In this document: positions 38,749 through 48,361 of the stretch, piece after piece | How the letters are laid out: each line of letters opens with the position of its first letter | Position numbering within the stretch: the stretch's first letter is position 1 | Position numbers and translations under genes: made by a program | Notes under the pieces: model-generated | What the model saw: the letters and a program-made list of their open reading frames with translations, nothing else | Told to the model about the DNA's origin: nothing | Databases searched by the model: none | NCBI GenBank assembly: GCA_016874675.1 | Contig: VGTL01000002.1 | Span: forward strand, 9,021 to 73,020 | Direction of reading: 5' to 3' | Source: Methanobacteriota archaeon | GTDB lineage: Archaea > Thermoplasmatota > DTKX01 > VGTL01 | Length of the DNA: 64,000 nucleotides

Positions 38749-40548
38749 TCAGGCGAACAGTCTCACGACATAGTGCCACGCAAAAGCGCCGAGGAACGCG
38801 CCCATCAGGCTCAACACGACCGATGTCCGCAGGATCGCGACCGTCGAGTTGATGGCCGTCGTGAGGCGCGCGGTGTTCCCGTGCCCGAACACGCGCAACT
38901 GCACCTTTCCGGAGCCGACACCCACCTCGACATCCTCCAGATCGGCTATCGCCCTCTCCACCGTCTCCTTGGCCTTCTGCGCCAGCGACTCCCGCGAGTA
39001 CTTGGCCCCGACCGGGTTGTAGCCTCCCATCGTGGCGTGCACGACGTGGTTGTCGGTGGTGAAGACCTCCGCCTCGTCCACCATCCCCTTGACGGCGTCG
39101 AGCACGAGCTCCCGGAGGCCCTTCACCATGTTGTTCCCGTCGAAGAGGATGTAGGCGGCCTTCCTCCCCTCCGATTCCAGCACGGCCACCTGGATTCCCT
39201 GCTCGCCCAGTCCGTCCCTCTCCTTGTGGAAGCCGCCGGTCGATGCGAACCCGGCGCGCAAGGTGCTGGCAGGCTTCGTCGTTGCGGAGGCGGCCTCCTC
39301 CGTGACGCGCAGGAGCTCCTCCGCTTCCGGGCTCCCGGAGTGCACCGCCCCGCCGCCGCGCTCCAGGCAGTTGTGCGCGTCGATGAAGAGCGGGTGGACG
39401 AAGCCGTGCCTGCGGAAGGCGTGCGAGACGAGATGGCCCACGGCGTGGTCGACGTCGTCCGTCGGGTCCGGGGCCGAGGTGTGCATCGCGAGCACCGATT
39501 TCCCCAGCGGCTGGACGCAGAGCGCCACCCTCTCGCCCCTGAAGCGCCGGAAGGCCCCGGCCCCACTAGCATATTCGAGCCCCTCGAGGACCGACCTGGC
39601 CGTGGCGGCCAGTTTCGCGACCTCCGTGTCGGAGGCCGGGTTCTGGTCGTGCGTCGCCGGGCCGTGGAAGACCATCAGGTTGTCGAAAGCAAGCGGCTTT
39701 TTGAGCTTCGCCGGGAGATCGCTCCCGCCAAGCGTCCCGAACGGGCCCGGATGCACTGACGGGACTACCCAGAGGCCCTTGAGCTTCCCGCCGGCGCGGA
39801 AGCCCACCACACCGAGCTCGGCCCTGAACGGCACCGAGAAGGTGGAGAAGAAGCGCTCCATCCCGTCCTTTCCGGCGTCCCCTCCCTCGGTCCAGTGGGC
39901 CAGCATGTTGCGCACGAGCTCCATGCCGCTCGCGCCGAAGTTTCGCTTCAAGGGCGATTCGGCCATCTTCCTGAAGGCGGAGGCGGAGAGCAGGAATATC
40001 GCGAAGAAGCCGGCGACAAGCAGAAGCTCCCTCGCCCCGAAGGGCGGGAGCAGGAAGGCCACCGACAATGCTCCGAGGACAGGCATGCCGAGGGAAACGG
40101 GCAGGCTGCGGCCGTGGCTCGTGTTCGACGTCGTCAAGAGCACGAGGTGCCAGAGCCAGAGTATCAACGCCCAGGAGAAGAGCAGGATGTCGGACAGGCG
40201 TCCGGCAAAGTGGGGTCCGATGACCAGGCGCCACGCCAGGACCATCGGAAAGAGGACCATGAGCGATATCAGCGCGAGGAGGGTGCTCCGGCGCAGATAG
40301 ATGGTCCCGCCCAGCCCCCGGGCCAGCGGGACGGCGACAAGCGCGCCGATGGCCGCCGGGACGAAGAACAATCCGATCGTCTGCACAATCCAGATCTGGA
40401 ACGGGTACGATGGCACGGCGACCGCGCCCAGGACGAGCGACAGCACGAAGAGCACCGGGAAGGTCTTCCACGGCCTGGGCGAGGTGAAGACATAATCGGC
40501 CACGCGCGTGGCCTGCACGACGCCCTGTTCGGTCGTCGGGGCGGGCAA
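38749..40548 (-). CDS. DUF2070 family membrane protein (putative metal-dependent hydrolase)
   Basis: N-terminal TMs; VHPGPFG..GGS, FHG..THD.NP, DAHNC, DGNN, TTDNH motifs. Confidence 0.8.
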   Translation of the reverse strand: MPAPTTEQGVVQATRVADYVFTSPRPWKTFPVLFVLSLVLGAVAVPSYPFQIWIVQTIGLFFVPAAIGALVAVPLARGLGGTIYLRRSTLLALISLMVLFPMVLAWRLVIGPHFAGRLSDILLFSWALILWLWHLVLLTTSNTSHGRSLPVSLGMPVLGALSVAFLLPPFGARELLLVAGFFAIFLLSASAFRKMAESPLKRNFGASGMELVRNMLAHWTEGGDAGKDGMERFFSTFSVPFRAELGVVGFRAGGKLKGLWVVPSVHPGPFGTLGGSDLPAKLKKPLAFDNLMVFHGPATHDQNPASDTEVAKLAATARSVLEGLEYASGAGAFRRFRGERVALCVQPLGKSVLAMHTSAPDPTDDVDHAVGHLVSHAFRRHGFVHPLFIDAHNCLERGGGAVHSGSPEAEELLRVTEEAASATTKPASTLRAGFASTGGFHKERDGLGEQGIQVAVLESEGRKAAYILFDGNNMVKGLRELVLDAVKGMVDEAEVFTTDNHVVHATMGGYNPVGAKYSRESLAQKAKETVERAIADLEDVEVGVGSGKVQLRVFGHGNTARLTTAINSTVAILRTSVVLSLMGAFLGAFAWHYVVRLFA

Positions 40549-40552
40549 CGGC

Positions 40553-41302
40553 TCACCCCTTCCTCACCGCGGCCACTATCCTGGAGAGCAGGTCGCCCCG
40601 GCCCTGGTTGAACTCGGCCACGGTGCCGGTCACGACAATGTCGGCCCCGGCCCGGACGACCGCGCGCGCCGATTCGGGCGAGGTCACGCCACCGCCCACT
40701 ATCACCGGTATCCCGACGCTGCGCTTGACCGCACGGACCGTCCCGGCCGGAAGGGGCTCGGGCGCCCCCGAGCCCGATTCGAGGTACACGCAGGCCATGC
40801 CGAAGAGCTCGGCGGCGATGGCGTACTCGACGGCAAGCCGGATGTCGTCGCGCCCCACGAGCTCGGCGTGCCCCACCTCCCCCACGCGCATGCCCGGCTC
40901 GAAGACGATGTAGCCCATCGATATGGGCTCGAGCCTGAACCGTTTCACGTAGGGCGCCCCCCGGCGCTGCTCCTCTATCAGGAAGCGCCGGTCCCGGGAG
41001 TTGAGAAGGCTCATGAAGAACAGGGCGTGGGCGTGCCTCGACAGGCAGGCGGCCCCGGCCGGGAAGAGGATCGTCGGGAGGGGGCAGCTCTTCCGTATCT
41101 GCAGGACGGTGGCGTCCGTGATGCGCGGGTCCACCCCGGTGGAGCCGCCGATCATGATGCCGTCGCTCCCGGCGCGGAAGAACGCCCCGGCGAGCTCCCC
41201 GGCCCGCTCGGGGCCCTGCTTATCGGGGTCGACGAGCCCCAGGTGGGCCGGCCTCCTTCCTATCGTCGCGGTCAGCGTCCTCCAGACCTCGCCACGCTTC
41301 AT
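40553..41302 (-). CDS. Geranylgeranylglyceryl phosphate synthase (GGGPS, group II)
   Basis: H.GLVDPDK, IMIGGSTG, FMSLLNSRD, YLESGSGA, VGGG; ATGA-coupled to the upstream DGGGPS. Confidence 0.92.
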   Translation of the reverse strand: MKRGEVWRTLTATIGRRPAHLGLVDPDKQGPERAGELAGAFFRAGSDGIMIGGSTGVDPRITDATVLQIRKSCPLPTILFPAGAACLSRHAHALFFMSLLNSRDRRFLIEEQRRGAPYVKRFRLEPISMGYIVFEPGMRVGEVGHAELVGRDDIRLAVEYAIAAELFGMACVYLESGSGAPEPLPAGTVRAVKRSVGIPVIVGGGVTSPESARAVVRAGADIVVTGTVAEFNQGRGDLLSRIVAAVRKG

Positions 41303-42171
41303 CGTTGCACCGTCAGGGCCCCCAGCAGGAAGGCCGAGAGGGCCAGGAGCATCGCGAGCTTGGCCGCCCGCTGCGCCCCGCCGGGGTTCCGGAATAGAAC
41401 CCAAACAGAATATATAAACATTGCATCCGCCGCAAGCACCGCCGGGAAATACCACTCGGCCCGGAACGCCCCGAGGGGGAACACCGGCAGGGGGGAAAGG
41501 GCCACCGCCAGGAGGATCCAGGCCGCCGCCGTCCGCCCCGCTATCAGCGGGCCCACGAGGCGCGGCAGCGTCCGGCGGTCGGTGTCCCCCGCCATGTCCT
41601 CGATGCCCTTGATTATCTCGCGCCCCATTGACGCCAGGAAGGCCAGCAGGGCGAGCACCAGCACCGGGGCCGGGAAGGGCTCCGGCCCCGGGAAGGGGGC
41701 CGCGGCCGCGCCGCCGAACACGAAGAGGGAGGCGGTCAGCCAGCTGACGGTCAGGTTCCCCAGGAGGCCCCGGGCCTTGAGCTCCATCTCGTAGCCGGCG
41801 AGGAGCAGGCTGTTGAGCGCCGCTATCCCCAGCGTCAGCCAGTTGAGCCGGGGGTGGCCGATGAACAGGGCAAGCAGCATGCCCGCGGCGAACAGCGCCA
41901 CGGAGAAACGGCGGGCCCCCTCCGGGCTGATCCGGCGGGAGGGTATGGGCCTTCCGGGATGGTTCACCCGGTCGGTGAACCGGTCGTAGTAGTCGTTGAG
42001 GGCGTTCCCGGCGCCGGTGTAGAGGAACGCCACGAGCATCGCCGCCCCGACGGCCCAGAGCCCGCCCGAGGAGAGCAGGGGGAGCCCGGCCCCCACCAGC
42101 GCCCCGGCGGCGACGGCCACCCCGGACATGACGGAGTTCCCCGGCCGCAGGAGCTCGGTACGCGGTCCCAT
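41299..42171 (-). CDS. Digeranylgeranylglyceryl phosphate synthase (UbiA family)
   Basis: LLRPGN, NDYYD..DRVNHP.RPIPS, REIIKGIED..GD....TLP. Confidence 0.88.
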   Translation of the reverse strand: MGPRTELLRPGNSVMSGVAVAAGALVGAGLPLLSSGGLWAVGAAMLVAFLYTGAGNALNDYYDRFTDRVNHPGRPIPSRRISPEGARRFSVALFAAGMLLALFIGHPRLNWLTLGIAALNSLLLAGYEMELKARGLLGNLTVSWLTASLFVFGGAAAAPFPGPEPFPAPVLVLALLAFLASMGREIIKGIEDMAGDTDRRTLPRLVGPLIAGRTAAAWILLAVALSPLPVFPLGAFRAEWYFPAVLAADAMFIYSVWVLFRNPGGAQRAAKLAMLLALSAFLLGALTVQR

Positions 42172-42192
42172 CGGGTGGTGATGGGGCTCGCG

Positions 42193-42260
42193 TTTAAAAT
42201 TCTTAACACTGCCCCCGAGGCCAAAGGATTATATAAGAGGATGGATATATCTGTCGGACA
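42193..42260. promoter_or_regulatory. Divergent promoter region with TATA boxes and palindrome TGTCGGACA
   Basis: TTTAAAAT 42193-42200 (for DGGGPS), TTATATAA 42229-42236 (for the RHH gene), TGTC-G-GACA 42252-42260. Confidence 0.5.
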
Positions 42261-42315
42261 AGCGGAGGACAAAAGAGGCCTATTCGACCTCCACTATCCC
42301 CCCGGAAGGACACCG

Positions 42316-42552
42316 ATGCCGAACCGGACCGAAAAGATCACAATACGGCTCCCCTCGAGGTTCGTCGAGGCCCTCGACCTCCTGGTCGGGGTCGACGACT
42401 TCCCGTCCCGCTCGGAGGCCATCCGGACGGCGGTCCGGGACCTGGTGTACCTGCGCGCCGGGCTGGTCATGAAGAAGGCCAAGAAGCTGGGACGGCTCCA
42501 GAGGGACGTTACCAGGCTCAGGGACGTCGAGCTCAAGTACCTGGGCAAATGA
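42316..42552 (+). CDS. Ribbon-helix-helix regulator (CdrS/CopG-like)
   Basis: EKITIRLP...FPSRSEAIRTAVRDL; RBS GAAGGA before ATG 42316. Confidence 0.85.
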   Translation: MPNRTEKITIRLPSRFVEALDLLVGVDDFPSRSEAIRTAVRDLVYLRAGLVMKKAKKLGRLQRDVTRLRDVELKYLGK

Positions 42553-42567
42553 CCCGTTCACGATCGC

Positions 42568-42586
42568 TCCTTTCCCCTTTTTTTTT
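42568..42586 (+). terminator. Oligo-T terminator after the RHH gene
   Basis: CCTTTCCCC followed by a 9-T run. Confidence 0.55.
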
Positions 42587-42635
42587 GATTTCGCCGAGAG
42601 TGGACACTCTCTTGCTGAGCTGAGGAGGCGCAAGG

Positions 42636-43121
42636 ATGGCCGACATAACCGAAAACGAGCTGCCGGGAATCGGCAAGAGGTTCTCGCTGGACACCGTCGA
42701 GGGCGGGACCGTCACTGTCATCGCCCACCTTTCGGGCAGGCGCGACGTCTACTACTCGACCGGCGAGGACCGGAGCCCGACCTTCTTCACCCTCACGGAC
42801 GAGGAGGCCAGGAGGCTGAGCGCCGTGCTCGGCGACACGTTCTACAAGCCCGCCCCGATGGAGATGCTGCGCTCGGCCCTTTCGGCGAGCGGCGGCATCG
42901 AGCTCCTGCATATCGCCGAGGGCTCGCCGGTCGTGGGGCGCACCCTGAGGGAGCTGGACGTGCGCCGCAAGACGGGGGCGACGGTGGTGGGGATAAAGCG
43001 GGGCGAGGACACCCTGACCAACCCGCCGGCCTCGGCGACGCTCCAGAGGAACGACTACCTGATAGTGATGGGCGGGTCGGCGCAGCTGCGCAGGCTCGAC
43101 AGGATGATCCGGGGGACCTGA
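42636..43121 (+). CDS. KhtT-like K+/H+ antiporter regulatory subunit (TrkA-C/RCK_C)
   Basis: LPGIGKRF, LTDEEARRL..VLG, GRTL.EL.VR..TGATVVGI.R. Confidence 0.88.
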   Translation: MADITENELPGIGKRFSLDTVEGGTVTVIAHLSGRRDVYYSTGEDRSPTFFTLTDEEARRLSAVLGDTFYKPAPMEMLRSALSASGGIELLHIAEGSPVVGRTLRELDVRRKTGATVVGIKRGEDTLTNPPASATLQRNDYLIVMGGSAQLRRLDRMIRGT

Positions 43122-43134
43122 GGAGAGCGGAAGC

Positions 43135-44997
43135 GTGGCCTCCTTCTTCCTCGACATCGGGATAATCATCTTCCTGGCCTTCCTGGGGGCGTTCCTGGCG
43201 GGCCGGGCGCGCCTGTCCGCCATAGTGGGCTACATCATCGTGGGCATCCTCATCGGGCCGTCGATGAACCTCAACCTCTTCGGCATGGAGTACCGCGGGC
43301 TGGTAACCAACACCGACTTCATTACGCAGATGTCCCGCCTGGGGCTCATGTTCCTGCTTTTCTTCACGGGGCTGGGGTTCTCCACCTCGGCGCTCAAGAC
43401 CACCTGGAAGCCGGCCATCCTGCTTGCGGTCTCCGACGTCCTGCTCAACCTCTACGTCGGCTTCATCATAGGCTCGCTCTTCGGCTGGCCCCTGCCAGAC
43501 ACCCTCTTTTTGGCGGCGATAATCGGGATGACCTCGGTGGCGGTGGCCGCCAAGTCGGCCCTAGAGGGCAAGCAGCTCTACCGCAAGGAGTACAGCTACC
43601 TTTTCAGCACGATGATAGTCGAGGACTTCATCTCGATAGTGCTGCTCACCTTCGCCAGCGCGTTCGTGCTGGGCAACACCCTGCGGCCCGAGCAGCTGGT
43701 CAACATGGGCTTCGGCGTGGTCATAATATACTCCTTCTTCTTCGTCCTGGCGCTCTACATCGCGCCCAAGGCGTTCCACTACTTCGAGAGGATACAGGGC
43801 AACGAGCTCTTCGTGCTCTTCGCCCTGAGCGTTGTCTTCCTTTCGTCCGCGTTCGCCGACTTCCTGGGCATACCTCCGGCCATCGGCGCATTCCTCGTGG
43901 GCATGGCCTTCGCCGAGACCGCCCTCAAGGAGAAGCTCGAGCGGCAGATGCTCTCTATGAAGGACGCCTTCGTGGCCATCTTCTTCGTGACGTTCGGGAT
44001 GCTCGTCGACCCGGGAAGGATAGGGGACGTCCTCCCCATGGTGGCGCTGGCGGTGCCCCTGGTCATAATGAACGAGGTCTTCATACTGGGCGCGCTGGCC
44101 TACATCGTCGGATTCACGCGCCGGGCCGCGGTCTCCATCGGCGCCGGCTTCCTGGGGCGGGGCGAGGACGCCGTGCTGTTCGCCTCGGTGGGCTCGGGGC
44201 TTCAGGACCCCGCCACCGGGAAGCCCATACTGAGCCGCGCCGGGGATATCAGCCCGTTCACCGGGGTCTTCTGCTTCGTGATGAGCATCCTGACGCCTTT
44301 CATGATGAGGCTCTCCATAAGGCTCGCGGACCTCATCGGCAGGGTGCTGCCGGATTCGGTCAAGTTCGGAGGGAGCCTGCTCTCCCGTGTGCTGCGCGCC
44401 ACGATGATGGTGTCCGGTTTCTCGCCCACCGGCTCCGAGAAGCGGCTGCTCCTTGCGATGCTGGCCTACGGGGCCTCCATCTGCGTCACCCTGGTGACCC
44501 CGGGGATGCTGCACATCGTGTCGGCCTCCCTGAGCCTGGTGCTGCTGCTCCTGGTGTGGCGGGGGCTCCACCGCTTCTTCGGGCCGCGGGCGGGGGCCGT
44601 GGACCTCCAGGACCAAGACATCCTCAGGCCGGACCAGGCCGCGGTGGGGCGCTTCGCCACCCTTGTCTCGGTGTCCCTGCTCGCCATGCTTTTCGTGACG
44701 GCAGCCTTCTGGAGGTACAGCTGGCAGGCGGCGCTCCTTGTCAATATCGGTCTGCTGGCCGGCGTGTTGCTGTCGATGAGGCTGGTATATCGCCACCTAA
44801 AGGTCCGGGCCCCGCCCATGAGCAAGGAGCACATCCTGCCGACCGGCAGGCCCCAGCCGCGGCGCGAGCCGCTGGGCTTCGAGCCGCGCAAGGATAGGCG
44901 GAAGGTGAGGCGGCCCATGAGGCCGCGACCGGTGCCCCGGGAGTACCGGCCGGTGCCCAGGGAACTGCTTCTGCCCCGCTCCGGGCCCAGGCGCTAG
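43135..44997 (+). CDS. CPA2 cation:proton antiporter (KhtU/KefB-like) with extra C-terminal TMs
   Basis: VGYIIVGILIGP, LLFFTGL, IVEDF, GAFLVG, FVAIFFV.FG, RGE. Confidence 0.88.
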   Translation: MASFFLDIGIIIFLAFLGAFLAGRARLSAIVGYIIVGILIGPSMNLNLFGMEYRGLVTNTDFITQMSRLGLMFLLFFTGLGFSTSALKTTWKPAILLAVSDVLLNLYVGFIIGSLFGWPLPDTLFLAAIIGMTSVAVAAKSALEGKQLYRKEYSYLFSTMIVEDFISIVLLTFASAFVLGNTLRPEQLVNMGFGVVIIYSFFFVLALYIAPKAFHYFERIQGNELFVLFALSVVFLSSAFADFLGIPPAIGAFLVGMAFAETALKEKLERQMLSMKDAFVAIFFVTFGMLVDPGRIGDVLPMVALAVPLVIMNEVFILGALAYIVGFTRRAAVSIGAGFLGRGEDAVLFASVGSGLQDPATGKPILSRAGDISPFTGVFCFVMSILTPFMMRLSIRLADLIGRVLPDSVKFGGSLLSRVLRATMMVSGFSPTGSEKRLLLAMLAYGASICVTLVTPGMLHIVSASLSLVLLLLVWRGLHRFFGPRAGAVDLQDQDILRPDQAAVGRFATLVSVSLLAMLFVTAAFWRYSWQAALLVNIGLLAGVLLSMRLVYRHLKVRAPPMSKEHILPTGRPQPRREPLGFEPRKDRRKVRRPMRPRPVPREYRPVPRELLLPRSGPRR

Positions 44998-45947
44998 TAC
45001 TCGTCGTGGATCTCGTCCATGTCCGCCACGGGCTCGATGAAGCAGTCCAGCACCGTCGGGATTTCGCGCTTTATGCGCTTTTCGACGTTCTGGAGCAGGT
45101 CGTCGAGCCGCTCCAGCCTAAGCTCGGGATCGAACTCCACCAGGAGGTGGACTATTATCCGGTTGGAGCCCATGAACATGGTCTTGATGCTCAGGACGTC
45201 CTTGATTCCGGGCGCCGCCCGGGCTATGTCGGCGATCTTGCGCTCCGTGCCCTCGTCGGCCGCGGCACCGATGAGCTTCTCCCGGTTCTCCATCGCCAGG
45301 ATTACGGCCAGCACGCCCAGGACGACCCCGATGATTATCGAGGCGTAGCCGTCGAGGACGTGGATGTCGGTCTGGTGCACCACGACGAGGAACCCCAGCG
45401 CTATGGCGACCCCGGAGAGCGCCACTGTGTCCTCGACGAAGACGAGCTTGAGGGTCGGGTCGTGGACCTTGCGGAAGGCCTTGAAGGGGTTTTTGGTCTT
45501 GAGGCCGCTCAGCCTGTTGGCATACCTCAGAAGGCCCTGGACTGCGAATGACACCGACACCACCTCCAGGCAGACCGATGCCACCAAGGCCACGATGGCG
45601 ACCTCGATTGTATCCACGCTCTGGTCGTGTGTTATCTGGTCGAACCCGCGGTATATCGAGCTGACCGATATCACCCCCAGCATGAAGACCGCGGCGACGA
45701 ATGCCCAGAAGTAGACCTCCTTGCCGTACCCGAAAGGGTGGGTCCGGTCGGCCGGGCGCGAGGCCAGATAGAGGCCGATGAGGAGAAAGACGCTGTTCAT
45801 CGCGTCGGCCAGGCTGTGGAGGGTTTCCGAGAAAAGGGCCGCGGAACCGGTGATGTGGGTCGAGACCGCCTTGATGATGAACCCGAGGATATTGGCGGCG
45901 AACGCTATCTTGACCGGCCTGCTGCCGAACTGAATCTCAGTGGCCAA
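44994..45947 (-). CDS. Cation diffusion facilitator (CDF) transporter
   Basis: SAALFSETLHSLAD, HPFGYGKE, ED..A, C-terminal dimerisation domain; start TTG 45947 or ATG 45980. Confidence 0.9.
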   Translation of the reverse strand: MATEIQFGSRPVKIAFAANILGFIIKAVSTHITGSAALFSETLHSLADAMNSVFLLIGLYLASRPADRTHPFGYGKEVYFWAFVAAVFMLGVISVSSIYRGFDQITHDQSVDTIEVAIVALVASVCLEVVSVSFAVQGLLRYANRLSGLKTKNPFKAFRKVHDPTLKLVFVEDTVALSGVAIALGFLVVVHQTDIHVLDGYASIIIGVVLGVLAVILAMENREKLIGAAADEGTERKIADIARAAPGIKDVLSIKTMFMGSNRIIVHLLVEFDPELRLERLDDLLQNVEKRIKREIPTVLDCFIEPVADMDEIHDEY

Positions 45948-46023
45948 CCGTCTTCGTCCTCCACCAGGTGGATAGGGCATATGAATAATTAAACTATGCC
46001 GGAAAATTACTATACGATTCGCG

Positions 46024-46153
46024 AAAGGCAGAAAGGCAGGAAGGCAGCAAGGCAGCAAGGGGGAACGGAACGAACCGTCGTCCCCTTGTTGCCCTGCTGC
46101 CTTTCTGCCTTGCTGCCTCCCTTGCTGCCTTGCTGCCTTTCTCCCTTGCTGCC
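46024..46153. repeat. Inverted pair of octamer arrays around core ACGGAACGAACCGTCGTCC
   Basis: (AAGGCAGN)4 at 46024-46060; (CCTTGCTG-like)n at 46084-46153. Confidence 0.85.
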
Positions 46154-46211
46154 CGATCTTCCCTACTGGAAATATATTAAAATACCCCGGTGTTATTTAG
46201 TGCCCCGCAAC

Positions 46212-46286
46212 GGGCCCATAGCTTAGACTGGCTGGAGCGCCCGGCTGATAACCGGGCGGTCGAGAGTTCAAATCTCTCTGGGCCCA
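46212..46286 (+). tRNA. tRNA-Ile(GAU)
   Basis: GGGCCCA/TGGGCCC acceptor stem, CCCGG-CTGATAA-CCGGG anticodon arm, TTCAAAT T-loop, A73; AT-rich box upstream. Confidence 0.95.
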
Positions 46287-46469
46287 TGCATCCCCGAAGG
46301 GGATGCAGGCGCCTCAGCGCACAGAGATTTCAAGATTTTGATGAAACTTTTAATTGCGAACAAAGGAAGGAATTAAAAGTTTCGTTCAAATCTCTCTGGG
46401 CCCATGCATCCCCGAAGGGGATGCAGGCGCCTCAGCGCACAGAGATTTCAAGATTTTGATGAAACTTTT
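46266..46469 (+). repeat. 86-bp direct repeat containing the tRNA-Ile 3' end (att-like scar)
   Basis: 46266-46351 equals 46384-46469; the copies are separated by 32 bp. Confidence 0.9.
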
Positions 46470-46623
46470 TGACCGCAAGCCTCGCGCCATGCGCCTCGAA
46501 CCGGGCGCCCGCGCCATCGGCCCGCCCGCGCAAACGACGGCTGCCGCATCGCCCATTCCGGCGTCCGGACCCTGGACCGTCCCGGCAAAAGGTTGATAAT
46601 GTCGGAGCCTGGTCCACATACCC

Positions 46624-47469
46624 GTGTCGGCGCCTTCTGCGGAGAAAACGGTGACCTTCACCTCCATAGCGTGGAAGGGCGCCTACAAGAAGGCGTTCAT
46701 CCTGCTGGCAGTCCTGGCGGTCGCCGGTACGGTCGCCGGGGCCTCGATGGTCCCCATCCGTCCGCCGCAGCGCGCGGGGACCACCGAGCGCGATTATGTC
46801 CCCATCGAGGTGCCGGACCATGCCGAGCCGCCCATGAAGATCCAGATCTCCCACGGCTTCCGGCTCGTCACGGTGCCGTTCTCGGGCTACTTCGCCGTCG
46901 ACGACGGGGTGGAGGAGATCAGCTATAACCTCACAATCGAGGACGGAAACGGCCGCCTGGTCGCGGAGGATTTCTCGCGCCTCCACGCCCCCCAGGAGCA
47001 CGCATTCAGCGGTTCCGCGACCGAGGAAACGGTCGTCGTGACCAGAGAGCACGAGTTCTCGCTTCCGCCCGGCCAGTACATCGTGGAGATCGGGTCCGAC
47101 CACCCGGTGGACTATCGCATCGAGCAGAAGTCGAGGTACTTCGCCCCCGGGGCGCTGCTCCTGGGGCTGGGCATCTCCTCGTTCATCCTCATCGGGGCCC
47201 TGGCGATGATCGTGCTCCGAAAGCGCGATTCGCTGCGTGTGTCACAGGTCGCAGCCGGGCCTGTCTCAGGGCCGGCCGCCCCGCCGACAATGGCCCCTCC
47301 CGCGGCCGCATCCCGGGCGACCGACCCCCGCCGCTCCTCGCTGGAGTACGTGCCGCCCCAGTTCTTTGCCGAGTTCATCTGCACCGCCTGCGGGTGGAGC
47401 ATCCGGAACCCCCCGGTCAAGGGGATCATCGTCTGCGACCGGTGCGGCGAGATGGGGCGCCTCCTCTGA
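46624..47469 (+). CDS. Hypothetical membrane protein with C-terminal zinc ribbon
   Basis: Two hydrophobic segments flanking a beta-rich domain; CTAC...CDRCG at the C-terminus. Confidence 0.6.
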   Translation: MSAPSAEKTVTFTSIAWKGAYKKAFILLAVLAVAGTVAGASMVPIRPPQRAGTTERDYVPIEVPDHAEPPMKIQISHGFRLVTVPFSGYFAVDDGVEEISYNLTIEDGNGRLVAEDFSRLHAPQEHAFSGSATEETVVVTREHEFSLPPGQYIVEIGSDHPVDYRIEQKSRYFAPGALLLGLGISSFILIGALAMIVLRKRDSLRVSQVAAGPVSGPAAPPTMAPPAAASRATDPRRSSLEYVPPQFFAEFICTACGWSIRNPPVKGIIVCDRCGEMGRLL

Positions 47470-47475
47470 GGGCGG

Positions 47476-48308
47476 TCAGGCCCGCTCCCGGAGGATCCCG
47501 AACAGAACGAAGAGCGGCGCCGACAAGAGCGTTATGAGCCCGGAGGACAATGCCGCGGTCTCGGAGAAGGTCAATGCTATCCCGGCCGTCAGGGCCCCGT
47601 TCTTTATCCCGATGCACACCGCCAGCGCCTTGGCGTTTGGCAGCGAAAGGAGCCCCCGTCCCGCCATCCTCCCGAGGGCCCACCGGAGGCCGAAGAAGAA
47701 GGCGTACTCCTGGAGTAGGGCCAGCCCCACCAGGACCGGGACGGAGAGGAGGTCGACCCCCCCGAGGCTGGAGGCGATCACGCCCCACATGAAGAAGAAG
47801 AACAGTATCGAAGTGGCGATCCTCTCTCCGGGGAGCGGGCCTTCTATTAGGGAGGGGCGGGCCCTGCGCAGCGCGAGCGCTACGAGCACCGGGAGCCCGA
47901 CGAGCGCGCCGGCGTTGAGGGCTATCGTCCAGACGGGCACGGTCACGGCCCTCCCGACCAGCGCCTCCAGCATCGCCGGCACGAGCAGGGGAGAAAGCAG
48001 CGTGGACACCACCGACACCATCGCCGCCAGCACCCGGTTGCCGCCGATCATGTCCGTGAAGAATGGGGCAAGCACTATGGCGGGCGACAGGGCGGCCAGC
48101 GTCGCGCCGAAGAGGATGTCGGGCGCAAGCCCCGCCGCCAGGGCCGCGCCCCAGATCGAGAGCGGGACGGGGCCGTAGAGGAACACCAACCCGGCGGCCA
48201 GCAGGTCCGGTCTCCGAAGGAGGGTACGAGCAGGCCGAAGAGGGTGCCCAGGAAGGTGCCGGCGGGGAAGGCCCAGAGCTCGATCCTCTGGCGGGTGGAC
48301 TCTTCCAC
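47476..48308 (-). pseudogene. Bile acid:sodium symporter (BASS/ACR3-like), frameshifted or internally deleted
   Basis: N-terminal TM1 (GTG 48308) is in a different frame from the body (RPDLLAAGLVFLY..SP..GGN..VSTLLSP..KNG.L); junction ~48210. Confidence 0.6.
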
Positions 48309-48361
48309 GGGCGGGAAACGGGGTCAGGTAGAAATAGATTGTTGCAGGCCGAAGGGTCCGG

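Noticed and set aside
46266-46469. Possible CRISPR mini-array (repeat, 32-bp spacer, repeat)
   Set aside because: The repeat is 86 bp, includes the tRNA 3' end, occurs only twice, and no cas genes are present.
48200-48220. Programmed ribosomal frameshift in the symporter
   Set aside because: No slippery heptamer or stimulatory structure, and sequence appears to be missing.
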